Below, in pieces: positions 38,797 through 50,595 of a DNA stretch of 64,000 nucleotides. The stretch lies in assembly GCA_043228905.1 (NCBI GenBank), contig JBHGNT010000011.1:1302001-1366000 (forward strand), in the 5' to 3' direction. Source of the stretch: Azolla caroliniana. Its lineage: Eukaryota > Plantae > Polypodiophyta. The position numbers and the translations under genes are program-made. Numbering within the stretch: position 1 is the first letter of the stretch; each line of letters starts with the position of its first letter. Below the pieces are notes generated by a model that searched no databases, was not told the DNA's origin, and was given only the letters and a program-made list of their open reading frames with translations.

Positions 38797-40324
38797 GTTG
38801 AAGTTCTACTAGGCCAAAGCGGTCAGAATAACCGTCTACCTTCAAAATCGGGCATCTACCAATGGAGGAGTGTCACCACATGAGTTGTACTTCAAGAAGA
38901 AGCCGAACTTGGCACACTTGAGGGTTTTCAGTAGCATCGCGTATGTGCATGTGCCGAAGGACAAACGGAGGAAGCTGTATGCCAAATCCGAGAAGTGTAT
39001 CTTGATTGGCTACTTGGACGAACAAAAGGGTTATAAGTGTTATAACCCCCAAACAATCTCGTGTAAGTCATGATGTTGTGTTCGACGAGTCCGCGTCGTG
39101 GTACTTGCCTTCGCCTCCAACCCCTCATGACATTATTCCGATCTCTGACAAAGAGGTCAGCGAGGCTGAATTGCCTCGGGATGAAGGAGACAACGGAGCT
39201 CTTGAAGAGAGTCCGATCTCATTCAGGCTAAGTGGGTTGAACGTGCGACTGAGTCAGCATGACCAATTAGATGCAGAGCCGGCGAGTAGTGGAGACTTGG
39301 GTGTAGTCGGTCATGCATTCCCCGCGCAAGAAGCCAAGGAGATGGTTTACTTGCGAAGAGAGGGAAAGAAGAAGATGTCGGAGTATGGCACTGATAAAGA
39401 GGAGTCGGATCGAAGTGAATCCGACTCTGAGAAGAATGAAGACGGACCTTCGAAAACGAAGTCCGCGTCGGCCAAGAGGGCCTCAAAATCGGTTAATGAG
39501 CAATTACACCGATCTACCCGCCAGAAGAACCCTGTGGTGCGGTTCGGATACAACGAGTACATGGTGCATCATTATGCGTACATGACGCGAGTGGCGGAAG
39601 TGCGTGAGCCGGAGAGCTATGCCGAAGTGGCGAAGGACGCAAATTGGCGTGCCGCAATGGAGGAAGAAATGCACGCATTAGCAGAAAATGAAACTTGGGA
39701 CTTGGTTCATGCCCCGAAGGGTGTAAAGCCGATTGGGTGCAGGTGGGTGTACAAGGTCAAGTACAACACTGATGGCTCTGTCAACTGCTACAAGGCCCGG
39801 TTAGTGGGAAAGGGATACGCACAACATCACGACATCGACTACAATGAGACCTTTGCGCCTGTCGCGAAGATGGCAATGTGGGTGGCATTTACATCAGATT
39901 GATGTAAAGAATGCATTCCTACAAGGAGAACTTGAGGAGCAAGTGTACATGGTACAACCCCCGGATTTCAATCCGGCAAGAACACCTCGGTGGTATGCCG
40001 ACTGAAGAAGTCCCTCTACAGACTAAAACAAGCCATGTGTGCGTGGAACGCAAAGATCACGCAGCGCCTACGTCGGATGGGGTTTGCCACGTCCAAATCG
40101 GACTCTCCATTGTTTGTCAGGCAAGGTCGACATGGACCGGTTAGTATTTTACTTTATGTTGATGATTTAGTCATCGCCAGTGCCAACCTAGATGAAATTA
40201 GTTGTGTAAAGTCCCAGTTTGCGGCATCATTCGACATGAAGGACGTAGGGGACCTTCATTACTTCCTAGGGATCGAAGTGATCCACACCCCCAAAGACAT
40301 ACTAATCAGCCAATGACATTACAT
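38797..40324 (+). pseudogene. Host Copia integrase end and RT (part 2)
   Basis: AMEEEMHAL..TWDLV..CRWVYKVK..YKARLV; [10 protein letters not shown]; LLYVDDL. Confidence 0.9.
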
Positions 40325-41591
40325 TGTCGTAGTGTAATTCGCACACTACGTGGAAATTGCATTTTTGTCCCTCCGAATGGGACAAGGAGGAACCGGTAAG
40401 GAGAACCGGTGAGAACTGGCAAGGAGGAACCGGTAAGGAGAACTGGTGAGAACCAGCAAGGAGGGACTGACAAGAGCCGGATAAAGAAGGCCGGGGAGAG
40501 TCTCTCACCGGATGAAGAGCCAAATTTATAAATAAAAGGAAAGAACACGTTCGCGTTCACAAGTGGAAGGATTGTGCATTCCACTTGTAGAATCTTCTTA
40601 AAACGAAGCAAATACACCCTCTCTACAATAATTGGATGCACTAGTATCACATGTTCCTCAACTTGATAAGAATTTGCAAATATAAAAATACATGATAGAT
40701 CTACGAGTGGAGATCATTAGAAATCATGCAAGTTTAGACATGTTGATAAGTTAATGTAGGCATAATAAAGTTCAACTATGGCTCAATATGGCACTATTGT
40801 GCGACAAGGGAAACACTAACTTAAAGACTTATATTAATTAGGTAGGTTTTACAAAAATATGAGGTGTACTTGTATCCATACTAATAAAATGAGATATAAT
40901 TTATACTTTGACCCATACGTGCATGTATGTAATTGTGGAAAATGTAGGGTAGTGCACATTAGGATAAGTGATTGGAATAACTAACTTATTAAAGTATTCA
41001 ATACTTGTATTAAAAGTTGATCTAATCTATTCCTCAGTTTGTTCATATGGGATCAAACCATATGTGTATATAATTGTGCACAATGTAAGGCAGTGAACTT
41101 TAGGATAATGTCGTGGAAATAACAAACCTATTAGGCTTTCATACCTGTATTTAAAATTGATCTACTCTATTGCTTAGGTGATTCACACAAGATCAAACTC
41201 CGAACGATAACGCAACTGGAACCATTATCAACACACTACACAATCTAAGCAGCAATGGAATAGAAACATAATAGTTTTAACAATATAAGACAAAGATCCA
41301 TAATAACAACATGGACAGTCATGGCAACAATTATAGGGCCATGTTCTGTTAAGGTTAGCTTGGACCAAAATCAGCCTCCATTTAAACTAGTTCATGTTTC
41401 TCCATAAGTTTGGTAGTCAGCTATGCACGCGGTGAAACCAATATCATAAATCTACTAATCAAGTATATAAAAATAAAATTGAAACATATAGATGATTATA
41501 AAGAATAGAATCCACTAGGTAAAACCCAAAATTTGTATTAATAATGTGAAATCTTAACAAATCGTCAGTGTCATATTCTTTATAGAGTCTA

Positions 41592-44500
41592 TTACATAGC
41601 AATCAATTCATCAACGTCATTTTCTTCATCATCTTGTGTAGAACTGTCTTCGGCTATACGTGCATTGGTTTCCCCTGTTAGCCGAGCCAACGAAATATCT
41701 TCTATAAGCTCATCATCAAGCTCTTTTAGCTCCCCCGGTTCGCCGGCTAACGGAGGAATAGGCTCTCGCGAAGCAGGTTGAAACCTTTCTGTATTGGCGA
41801 GGTTCTTTGCACCGACCTCCTCATCCTGGTCTGGGCACTCCCACAAAGCCTTAATCCGCATATTAATAAATATAACTTGGTCCTCGTCCTTCTCCAATGC
41901 AACTGTATTTCTAAACAGCTTCAATGCACATGCTGACGTAGTTCCTATGATGTAAGTAACAAGAAGATTTAGTTGTCAAACGAAAAAAAAGTGATTGGTT
42001 ATCTCAAGATCGTTACCCTAGTTCGAGGAATGCCCGTGCCAGAAAAGAGATCTAATATCCAGTCTCCTTCGACAGAAAACATCTCGATCAAGCGCATCAT
42101 AAGTCGTTGAGGTTTTTGGTATGGGTTGACAAGTCCCCGTTCTGTCGTGGTGACATGTCGCAATTTCCGAGTCACTGCTGGATATACCAACAGATTTGAA
42201 CCTCCCACTTCATTAGAATGCTCTTTGATTCTCTGTTTTTTAATTTCATCGAAGTAGCCAACCGTTATGTATTCAATGGCATTAACGAACCGAAAAGTTG
42301 GCCCTCTATTTACATTGGTCTTGATCCTATAAAAAATAATTCATCGAGTTAAGAATAGATTCAACAACCTTAAGAATTGCAATATAATGAAAGACACCTA
42401 TAAATAATCCTTACCATGCAAGGTTCTCGATGCCATGGCAACGAGATCTCAAAGCTTGAGCTACCGAGTACCCTTGGTCCATACTATGAAAGACAACTAT
42501 TCGCCACAAGGATGCGGTCGTTAGCTCAGCGAAATCCTTGACCATCTTCTCCAATTGTTTAAACCTAAACGGTTCATCGTCGTATGATGACCCAGCCATT
42601 CGAAATCCGTAAGGAATATCCGCAATCATTAGCGTATATTCCTTCTTTGGCACCTTCTGGATCAAGTCGATGACATCACCGCAAACCACATTGTAGTAAA
42701 GATCTCTCGTAATATCTTTTTTGTGGCTAAATTTTTTTAACGAGCCATCTTCCTCCATTTCGTTAGCCTTGACTAAGCGACGATCCTTTTCTTTTCTGGC
42801 TCGCTCGAGATGTGCAAGGAAGGATGTAGGGAAATCGTGTATATCCTTAACTTCTCCTTGTTTCTTGCCTCGACATGGTTTCTAATAGAAGCAATAGGAC
42901 ATCAGGTATTATTATACAAGCTCTACATATGATGAAAGGGTAATGAAAAACCATGAATACTAACCCAATCCTTGAATGCAATAAAATACTCTGATAACGC
43001 CTTATACGAAGACGTTAGAGGATAATCCTCGGTCACTTGTTCCCAAGTTATACATCCAAGTTGTTTCATCATAACTTCTTGGATCTTCATGTACACCTTA
43101 TGACTGTAAAATTAGAAATCAAGATTAGAACTTTGAATTACACCAGATAGACTACAATTTCAGTATTTGAAAGACTTACTTATTGAACTCAGTGACCATT
43201 TCTTCAAGGCTTAAATCTTTCGCCACAACCCTTGACAAAACCGACACAAGAAGCTGCTCGTCCTTAATACCTTGCATCGCTCTCCATAGAGACAGCTTCA
43301 TGTCGTCTGCCGCTTCTTCAATTGTCAAGTCAATTTTCTTGGCGGCTTGTGACTTTAATTCTAGTTGAGGGTCAACCCTACATTTCTTTTGTCGTTGACC
43401 CTTTACCTCCTTATTCTCCCACATTGAGAAGATTTGATCTTGGAGGTCCCATACTTCTCCATCTCTAAACGCCAATTGAAACCAAGACTCATACTTTCGA
43501 AGACCATCGGACCTAACATTATCATCTACCACAATGCCGACTTCATGCAGACATTGACGTCGAAGGCCTGGATGTAACTTCACACCAAACTTTTGTTTCA
43601 CATCTAAATACTCGTGGTGGAAGAACCGTATACGCTCAATAGACGACATTTTCTGCCTATAGTCATTATCATTATTATGGTCCCATGCCAACAGCTTAGC
43701 CTCTTCGGTTGTGAGCCCAACATAAATTTTGCACTCGGCATACTTGAAGAAGAAAGTGGTTGGATGTTCTCTCACAAGTTGCCGACGTGCCTCTGCTGAA
43801 TGCGATCCACCAATGACAAAATAATTATATTGATCATGCTTTCTAATATCAAAATCTTCAATGGTTTCACATTCTTCAGGATCTACCATAACAATAAAAG
43901 GCACCACAGTGGCATGAGGATTAATTTTCATTTTTTTCTTGAGATTTTGAACATGCATGCGGTGAGGCTCTCTAATCTCAAGTGGTCTTCGACCTGTTTT
44001 TTCATCAATAGGGGGCCGATGGATGTGTGTTATAGGAAAATTAAATACTTGCCCTTTCCTGACCAGCTTCCGTTGCATTAACTCTCTCCTTATTTTATTC
44101 TGCTCGGATGACAAAACACCCGAGGCCAGCTCGGCTCCTGGCGTCCCCTTATTATCCTCTTCTTCATTTTCACTTGTTGAATCCGTATCCGACATTTTCG
44201 TTGTCTTCTTCTTGGCTGGTCTTGACTGGACTTTGGATACCTTTTTTGTGGCCTTCAAGGGGGAGGGCTCTTCATCTCTTAGAGTTACATGGCCTTGTAT
44301 ATAAGGCCTCAAGGTAACAATAAGGTTTTGTGAGTTATCAAGTGCTTTTTTGAACACTTCAGGCCCACAAGATTCCTTTACTAAAAGGTCTTCTGAAAGG
44401 AACACTTTACGTACCCCCTTGGAGCATTCTATCATTACCAGTATGTTGGCCGAATCTGCATCTTCGTAGTCAAATCGTAGAATACGGCCATACATAAATG

Positions 44501-46046
44501 GGGTTTCTTTTCCAAGCTGCCCCTCACCCTTCTTCTTTGTTGTATACAATACGACTTTTTTCTTTGAGTGGACATATTGCATACACCATTCCTTGTCCGT
44601 TAGATCTCGGTCAGGAAGGTCTTCGCCTCCAGTAGCGGCGACAAGTTTCTTTTGGCTAACATCACTATGTGGCTGAGATTTTGTCTCTTCGTTAAAGAGA
44701 AGCTTTTTTCCTCTCTTCATGGTCTCAAGAGCTACCTTGGTCTGGGCTTCGATTGGAGAACCTTGTATGCGAAGCTTAATTTTCTTCACGGGTCGGTCCG
44801 ACAGGTTCTCAAACGACCTATTTAAGAAAGTATATGCAAAAACATAAGTTAGACAGTCACGTAGATTGAAGTTGTATATTATAATGAAGAACAGTTTCCA
44901 GGAGCAGTAACATATTCAAAAATCTATTATAGGCAGGGCTATTCAACCTAGAAAATATATATCGTAATAAGTAAAACGGGTTATATATTCTTTTAAATAG
45001 TAGGTATGACTTATATAGATTCTAAACCTATATTGAGGAGAATTTGCCATAGTAAAGGCAATTTGTAGATCATTTTCTACTATTTTAAGCTAAAGTAGGT
45101 CATAAAACACCTATAATTAGAGCATGTATTTCTTTAAAAGTAAGTAAAGTCAACATAAAAAAGACTGATTTTGCCAGACAATTTGATATCATTTCCACCC
45201 CATAAACGATTTTTCTCTCTCAAAGCCTTCTTATATACAGGGACTCGATACGCCGTATCGAGTTCGTGTTTAAAACCTACACTTTAAACACGAACTCGAT
45301 ACGCCGTATCGAGTTCGTGTTTAAAGTTTGAATTTTAAAAAGGAACTCGATACGCCGTATCGAGTTCCTATTTATAGTGTAGGTTTTAAACAGAAACTCG
45401 ATACGGCGTATCGAGTTCGTGTTTAAAACCTACACTTTAAACAGGAACTCGATACGGCGTATCGAGTTCGTGTTTAAAACCTATACTATAAACAGGGACT
45501 CGATACGCCGTATCGAGTTCGTGTTTAAAGTGTAGGTTTTAAACACGAACTCGATACGCCGTATCGAGTTCCTGTTTAAAACCTACACTATAAATAGGAA
45601 CTCGATACGGCGTATCGAGTTCCTTTTTAAAATTCAAACTTTAAACACGAACTCGATACGGCGTATCGAGATTCTTTTTGAAACCTACACTTTAAACACG
45701 AACTCGATACGGCGTATCGAGTTCGTGTTTAAAACCTACACTTTAAACACGAACTCGATACGGCGTATCGAGTTCATGTATACAATACAAATATTTATAC
45801 ACGAACTCGATACGGCGTATCGAGTTCGTGTTTAAAACCTACACTTTAAACATGAACTCGATACGGCGTGTAGGTTTTAAACACAAACTCGATACGCCGT
45901 ATCGAGTTCGTGTATAAATATTTGTATTGTATACATGAACTCGATACGCCATATCGAGTTCTTGAGAAACGAAACATATTTACAAAAATGTCCACAGTGT
46001 CAGAGGCCTACCTAGAGTCCTCGCGCTCGATTCTCTTTGAAGACAT
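41592..46046 (-). CDS. Six-exon ParB-like domain + beta-class N6-adenine/N4-cytosine DNA methyltransferase fusion (~974 aa)
   Basis: Exons 46046-46012, 44817-43180, 43103-42965, 42881-42415, 42326-42034 and 41944-41592 join in frame (2925 nt) with GT-AG introns (last donor GC). Motifs: VIGGSHS (ParB-like), VVCGDVIDLI..MIADIPY (motif IV), NPYQKP, ILDLFSGTGTT..VALEKD (motif I/II). Confidence 0.8.
45241..45961. repeat. Array of ~15 palindromes GAACTCGATACG(G/C)CGTATCGAGTTC, ~51-bp period
   Basis: Read directly; many units extend to TTTAAACAC...GTGTTTAAA; lies in intron 1 of the MTase gene. Confidence 0.95.
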
Positions 46047-46189
46047 GGTTGATCGTGTTGAAGTGGAGGCGGAGATCGCGCTTTCGTGCTTTGTGCTCTG
46101 AGTGCTTTGTGTGCTCTGTGTGCTCTCTACGTTCTGTGTGCTCTGTACGCTCTGTACGCTCTGGTGAGTGAAATATGACGAGGTCTTCC

Positions 46190-46197
46190 TATTTATA
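46190..46197 (-). promoter_or_regulatory. Putative TATA box of the MTase gene
   Basis: CCTATAAATAGG on the minus strand ~145 bp upstream of ATG 46046; several CCAAT motifs in the 46210-46600 intergenic region. Confidence 0.55.
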
Positions 46198-46869
46198 GGG
46201 ATTGAACACATTGGTTAAAGTAACCATAGTCACCTTAACCAATGTTGGTAACTTTGAGGATAGTTAGTTGGTAACCATAGTCACATTAACTAGAGTAACT
46301 TATGATTGTATTAATGATTACAAAGTCAAACTAACATATTGATCAATCTTTTATAGTCATAACAACCTACAATGACTTCAAAGGTTATGAAGGAGACAAT
46401 GATAGAGGTTCATGAATGTACCAATGATTGATTACTAAAAGCAACAATTTTTATGACTCTCAAATGTTATGTATTAAAGATATGGGCATGAATTAACCAA
46501 TGATTGATAAGTCTAATATTTAAAATGGTGAGCATTAAAGAACCAATGCGTGAGACGTTCTATATCAAAATGGGTGCCATTAATTAGCCAATGATTTTAA
46601 CATTAATCCAACATATTCAAGGCTTGTTAATGATTAGTTTTATATTTTACTTGATTTAACATCATTTAGATCTAGTTTATATAATGATTGATAATTTAAG
46701 TAAAATTACTTTATTAAAAATAATTTTTAGATGTATTGTATTAATAGAATATTACATAATATAGACATTCTATTGATTTGGCTTTTGTTTAGAGAGAAGT
46801 TTATGTTTAGGGAGGAGTATATGTTTAGAGAGGAGTATAACTTAGAGAGCCCTATCTAGACCTTAAGCC

Positions 46870-49649
46870 ATGAGTGAAGATTCACCGTTCTCGATTGAAG
46901 AATATTGTTTGTCATCAGACCCATCGTTTTCTACTGAAGAGTATTGTTTGTCAACAGAGTCACCATATTCGATTGAAGAATATTGTCTGTCGACCGACTC
47001 ACCATATTCTATCGAAGAATATTGTCTGAGCTCATCTACAGGGAATGTAAATAATGACACATGTGAAGAGTTCTCTATTGAAGAATACGATATTAATAAA
47101 GATACCGAGAATGAAGGAAGTGCCCAGGAAACATTGAATAACATTGGCGATGGTCGGAACAGAGAATTAGACTGTAACAAGGTTACACCAACCTCTATGC
47201 AGGAAGAGAAATCTAGGAGCCCTATGCATATTAGAAGAATCCCACGAAGAATTTGTCTGGCTAGATTTAGCTTGGTGACATCAGATAAACAGATTGGATT
47301 TGATGTCAACAAAATATGTTGTGCCCGTGGTTGTATGTCTATGATTGGAAAATCAAAGTTGCGAGAATTAAGACGATACTATTTTTCGATGACCGGTGAT
47401 GAGCAAGACACTTACCTCGGATCACATATGCAACTAGTATCTGACAAATGTACGGGGATCAAAGTATCATTCGAGTATTATATCTTCCATGCGCAACAGA
47501 TATGTAGAGTTGCATTCAAAATTGCGTTATGTGTTAGTAACATGTGGCTACATAGAGTACAACAACGTCTACTTAGCGGGGATCAGATGCTCAATTGTAA
47601 AGAGGTTCCAAGTATGAAAGGTGCAATTGGAAGACTAGCTATTGGCTGGATGAAAACTTACTTTCAGTTAAATTGTGAAGTAATGCCCACTACAGGTAGG
47701 ATGCATCTTTCTGATAATTATACCCGTCGGGAAGTTTATGATGTCTATCGATCTGAAATGCTGGGCTCACGTAATAAGTCTATCACCTATAGCCAATTCA
47801 CAAGATTATGGAGAGCTCGGTTTTCAAATGTTATTATTCCTCGTAAAGTACGTATGGGGTATTGCTCCATTTGTGCAAATCTTAAAAGTTTGGCTAAAGG
47901 TGCAAAGACATCAATGGAAAAGGATACGAGTAAGAAGTTACTACAAGAGCATCGTGAGGCACAATCCTTAGAACGAAGGAAGGCGATGCATCATAGAGAG
48001 AAGTGTTTGAAGAGGCCTGAACAATACATGTGCTTAATGATAGATGGCATGGACCAGAAGAAGACATGCTTGCCGCATATGCGGAGGCTCCCCAAAGATG
48101 TCAATGATGAGTGCCTTGTTCAAATGCACTTGGTGGGATGCTTGGCTTATAATAGGTCTGTTCGACCTCACGTCTTCATTACTTACCCCAATGTTCACAA
48201 TGACCCTAACCTAACAGTTACAGTGATTCACCGAGTTTTGATGTCTTGGGGACAACCTTTCCCCCCTGTTCTATACATTCAATTGGACAATACTGCTAGA
48301 GAGAACAAAAATTCAACTGTATTTGGCTATCTAAGTATGTTGGTCAACCTAGAATTGTTTAGGAAAGTGAAATTCAATTTCCTTTTGGTTGGCCACACAC
48401 ATGACCATATAGATCAGATGTTTAGCACATTCTCCAGACAGTTGTCTCGGCATGATGCTTTCACTTTACCTAAACTATTTGATGTCATTTGTGATGCATA
48501 TACACCACGCCCAAAAGTGTTACACTTGAAGGAGGTATATGACTTTAAGAGATATATATTAGATGGGGGTGGTGGGAATGTTAAATGCTTGCTCAGTTAA
48601 ACAATATAAGTTTCAATCACATTTTTTTGATAAAGAAAAATGGAATAAGTGGTTCTACACTTTTGTATGCTAAACAATATTCATCTTCTACAACATGGGA
48701 ACCTGAAGGTGGTTGCCAGTTATTACTTTGTATGCCGAGTACAATTGTCCATGGAGCTAAGCAAATGCCAATTGAGAAGAAAGGACAGTTGCAGAGCGAC
48801 TTGGTATCAGAACAAAAACGGTCATGGCTCCAAGCCTTAGAAGAAAAAAGAAAGCATATTGAGGCCGCCAAGAAATATGCCGCATAACAAGACACGTCAT
48901 GGTGGGATGTATTTTATAGTGATCAGAATGAAATTATAGACAATTGTGTATCTGTTGATAATTGGAATTTGGAAACGCCATTCACATGGTCGCTGCAACA
49001 TGATCGCGTAAATAGAAGTCCGGAGCGACTAGTAAATGCGATTAATGACAGCTTGGTCCATCCACAACAAAGAGACATTTATGTGGGACCAAGGATGACC
49101 AAAGCAGCCGAAGCTAGATGGCAAGGAAATTTGCAAGAGCTCACCGCGGGGATGTTGATTGCAACGCCGGCTGATGAGAACTCACATGGCCACCAATTTT
49201 GGGTTGGTAAAATTCTAGAAGTGCTAATGCATGAAATAGAAAACACGATCAAGTCTATAAATGTTCATTGGTACATCACTAGAAGTGCAAATGCTTTTAC
49301 AGGTAAGTATACATTGGAGATGATTGAATGCCAAACAAGAAGGGGAGGTAGGAAGAGGAAGCGAAACATTCGTAACACCTCGACCCTTGATATCTCTGAT
49401 GTGGATATCATCGTGTACGACTTCACACTTACAAAAGCCGGACGATTAAGGAAGTCAACAATAGATATAATAAAAGAAAAATTACCAGGTCTACAAGGTG
49501 GCTCGAGTCAAAGGCAAACGAGATCTGCTACATATAATCTAGAGTCAAACCATTTGGTTTATGACGAAGATAATGCACTGATTGGTACATCCGAGGATGA
49601 TGAGGAGGAATCGTCATTGTATATTAGTTATAGTAGTGATTCTCCGTAA
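46870..49649 (+). pseudogene. Sola-like DDD transposase, disrupted by one frameshift (~48590) and one stop (48885-48887)
   Basis: Cys motifs CCARGC, CRVAF, CSIC; catalytic-type motifs LMIDGMDQ, QLDNTARENKN, FLLVGHTHDHIDQMFS; the frame continues via 48585-48887 and, past TAA, in frame to 49649. Confidence 0.8.
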
Positions 49650-50595
49650 AGGACTCTATCATGAATGTATATTTGGCTATTAAGTGTAACTACATTCCGC
49701 TTGTAACAAATCGAGTAATATAAAATCATGTGTTTTGAATTCTTATGATTTCCCAAAAATCGTTTCTTATAAAATAACATTGGTTGTAAAGTTTGTGATA
49801 TAAATTGAGAATGTACGTTTTTGAAATTCGTCTTTTTTTAGTTACTTCTAAATCACGAAAATAGTGGATTTTTAACCTTTTTCATAGTATGTTTGAACTT
49901 GTATGATACTGGTATCAATGTGTTTTGTAAAATCATTGAAAACCCCCTAAAATTACCCTTATCCTTCCATTTATGCGCGATCCTTCCACTTGTGAACGCG
50001 AACGTGTTAAAGGTTGTTACGTGCATAGGGCAAGAATCAAACCTTGTATCTCCACGTACAAAAACCCCAACCTTACCATTGTACAAACTTATCCTAAGTG
50101 TTCTAAATATAGATTTAATACGTATAAGACCTTTATTTACGCCTACCTTTATTAAAAGGTAAGTCATGCATTTTTAGAATGCGTGAATACTTTATTTATA
50201 AGAAAAATGTACATCAATAAAAAAATGACTTCTGCACATCTAGCGAGCATGAGCACTATATTTAGGAAATAAAAGCATAGTGTAGAAAAGGCAACTCATG
50301 CACATTTAGTGTGCATGAACACTTTAGAAAAGGCATGAAGCTATGTTTAGCCTCTTCCATCCTTATATAAGGAGCAGAGAAAGATGTATGGGGTTGTTGA
50401 TTGTTTTACAAGAGTTTTTCATAAAAATTCTCTTTCTTACAATCTAAATATTGATTAAATACACTAAACACGTGGGATTCACAAGTTTTATTTCTTAACT
50501 AGCCTTATATTATATTCTTCTTTCTCCTAGTCCAAAACCTCAGTGGTTCCCACCCAACTCACAAAACGATCCGGAGCCGAAAGGCACGACAACGT

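Larger units (their letters stand above)
40544..50008. mobile_element. 9.5-kb cut-and-paste DNA transposon, Sola-like, with methyltransferase cargo
   Basis: TIRs AACACGTTCGCGTTCACAAGTGGAAGGATTGTGCAT (40544-40579) and its near-exact inverse at 49973-50008 (2 mismatches); 4-bp TSD AAAG at 40540-40543 and 50009-50012; transposase inside. Confidence 0.88.
40325..50591 (+). mobile_element. Solo LTR of family B, split by the DNA transposon (LTR parts 40325-40543 and 50013-50591)
   Basis: Ends TGTCGTAGTGTA... and ...GGAGCCGAAAGGCACGACA match the reverse complements of the B LTR ends; summed length ~800 bp; TSD ACAT/ACGT; the Copia RT sequence resumes after it. Confidence 0.88.

Noticed and set aside
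41592-44789. Bacterial contamination or prophage ParB-MTase locus
   Set aside because: The gene has spliceosomal introns and is embedded in a TIR element nested in plant LTR retrotransposons with matching TSDs.
45241-45961. CRISPR array
   Set aside because: The linkers are short, repetitive and not unique spacers; no cas genes; eukaryotic intronic context.
40544-50008. CACTA, Helitron or Mutator assignment for the DNA transposon
   Set aside because: Termini are AACAC...GTGTT with a 4-bp TSD; no CACTA end, Rep/helicase, or long TIR with 9-bp TSD.
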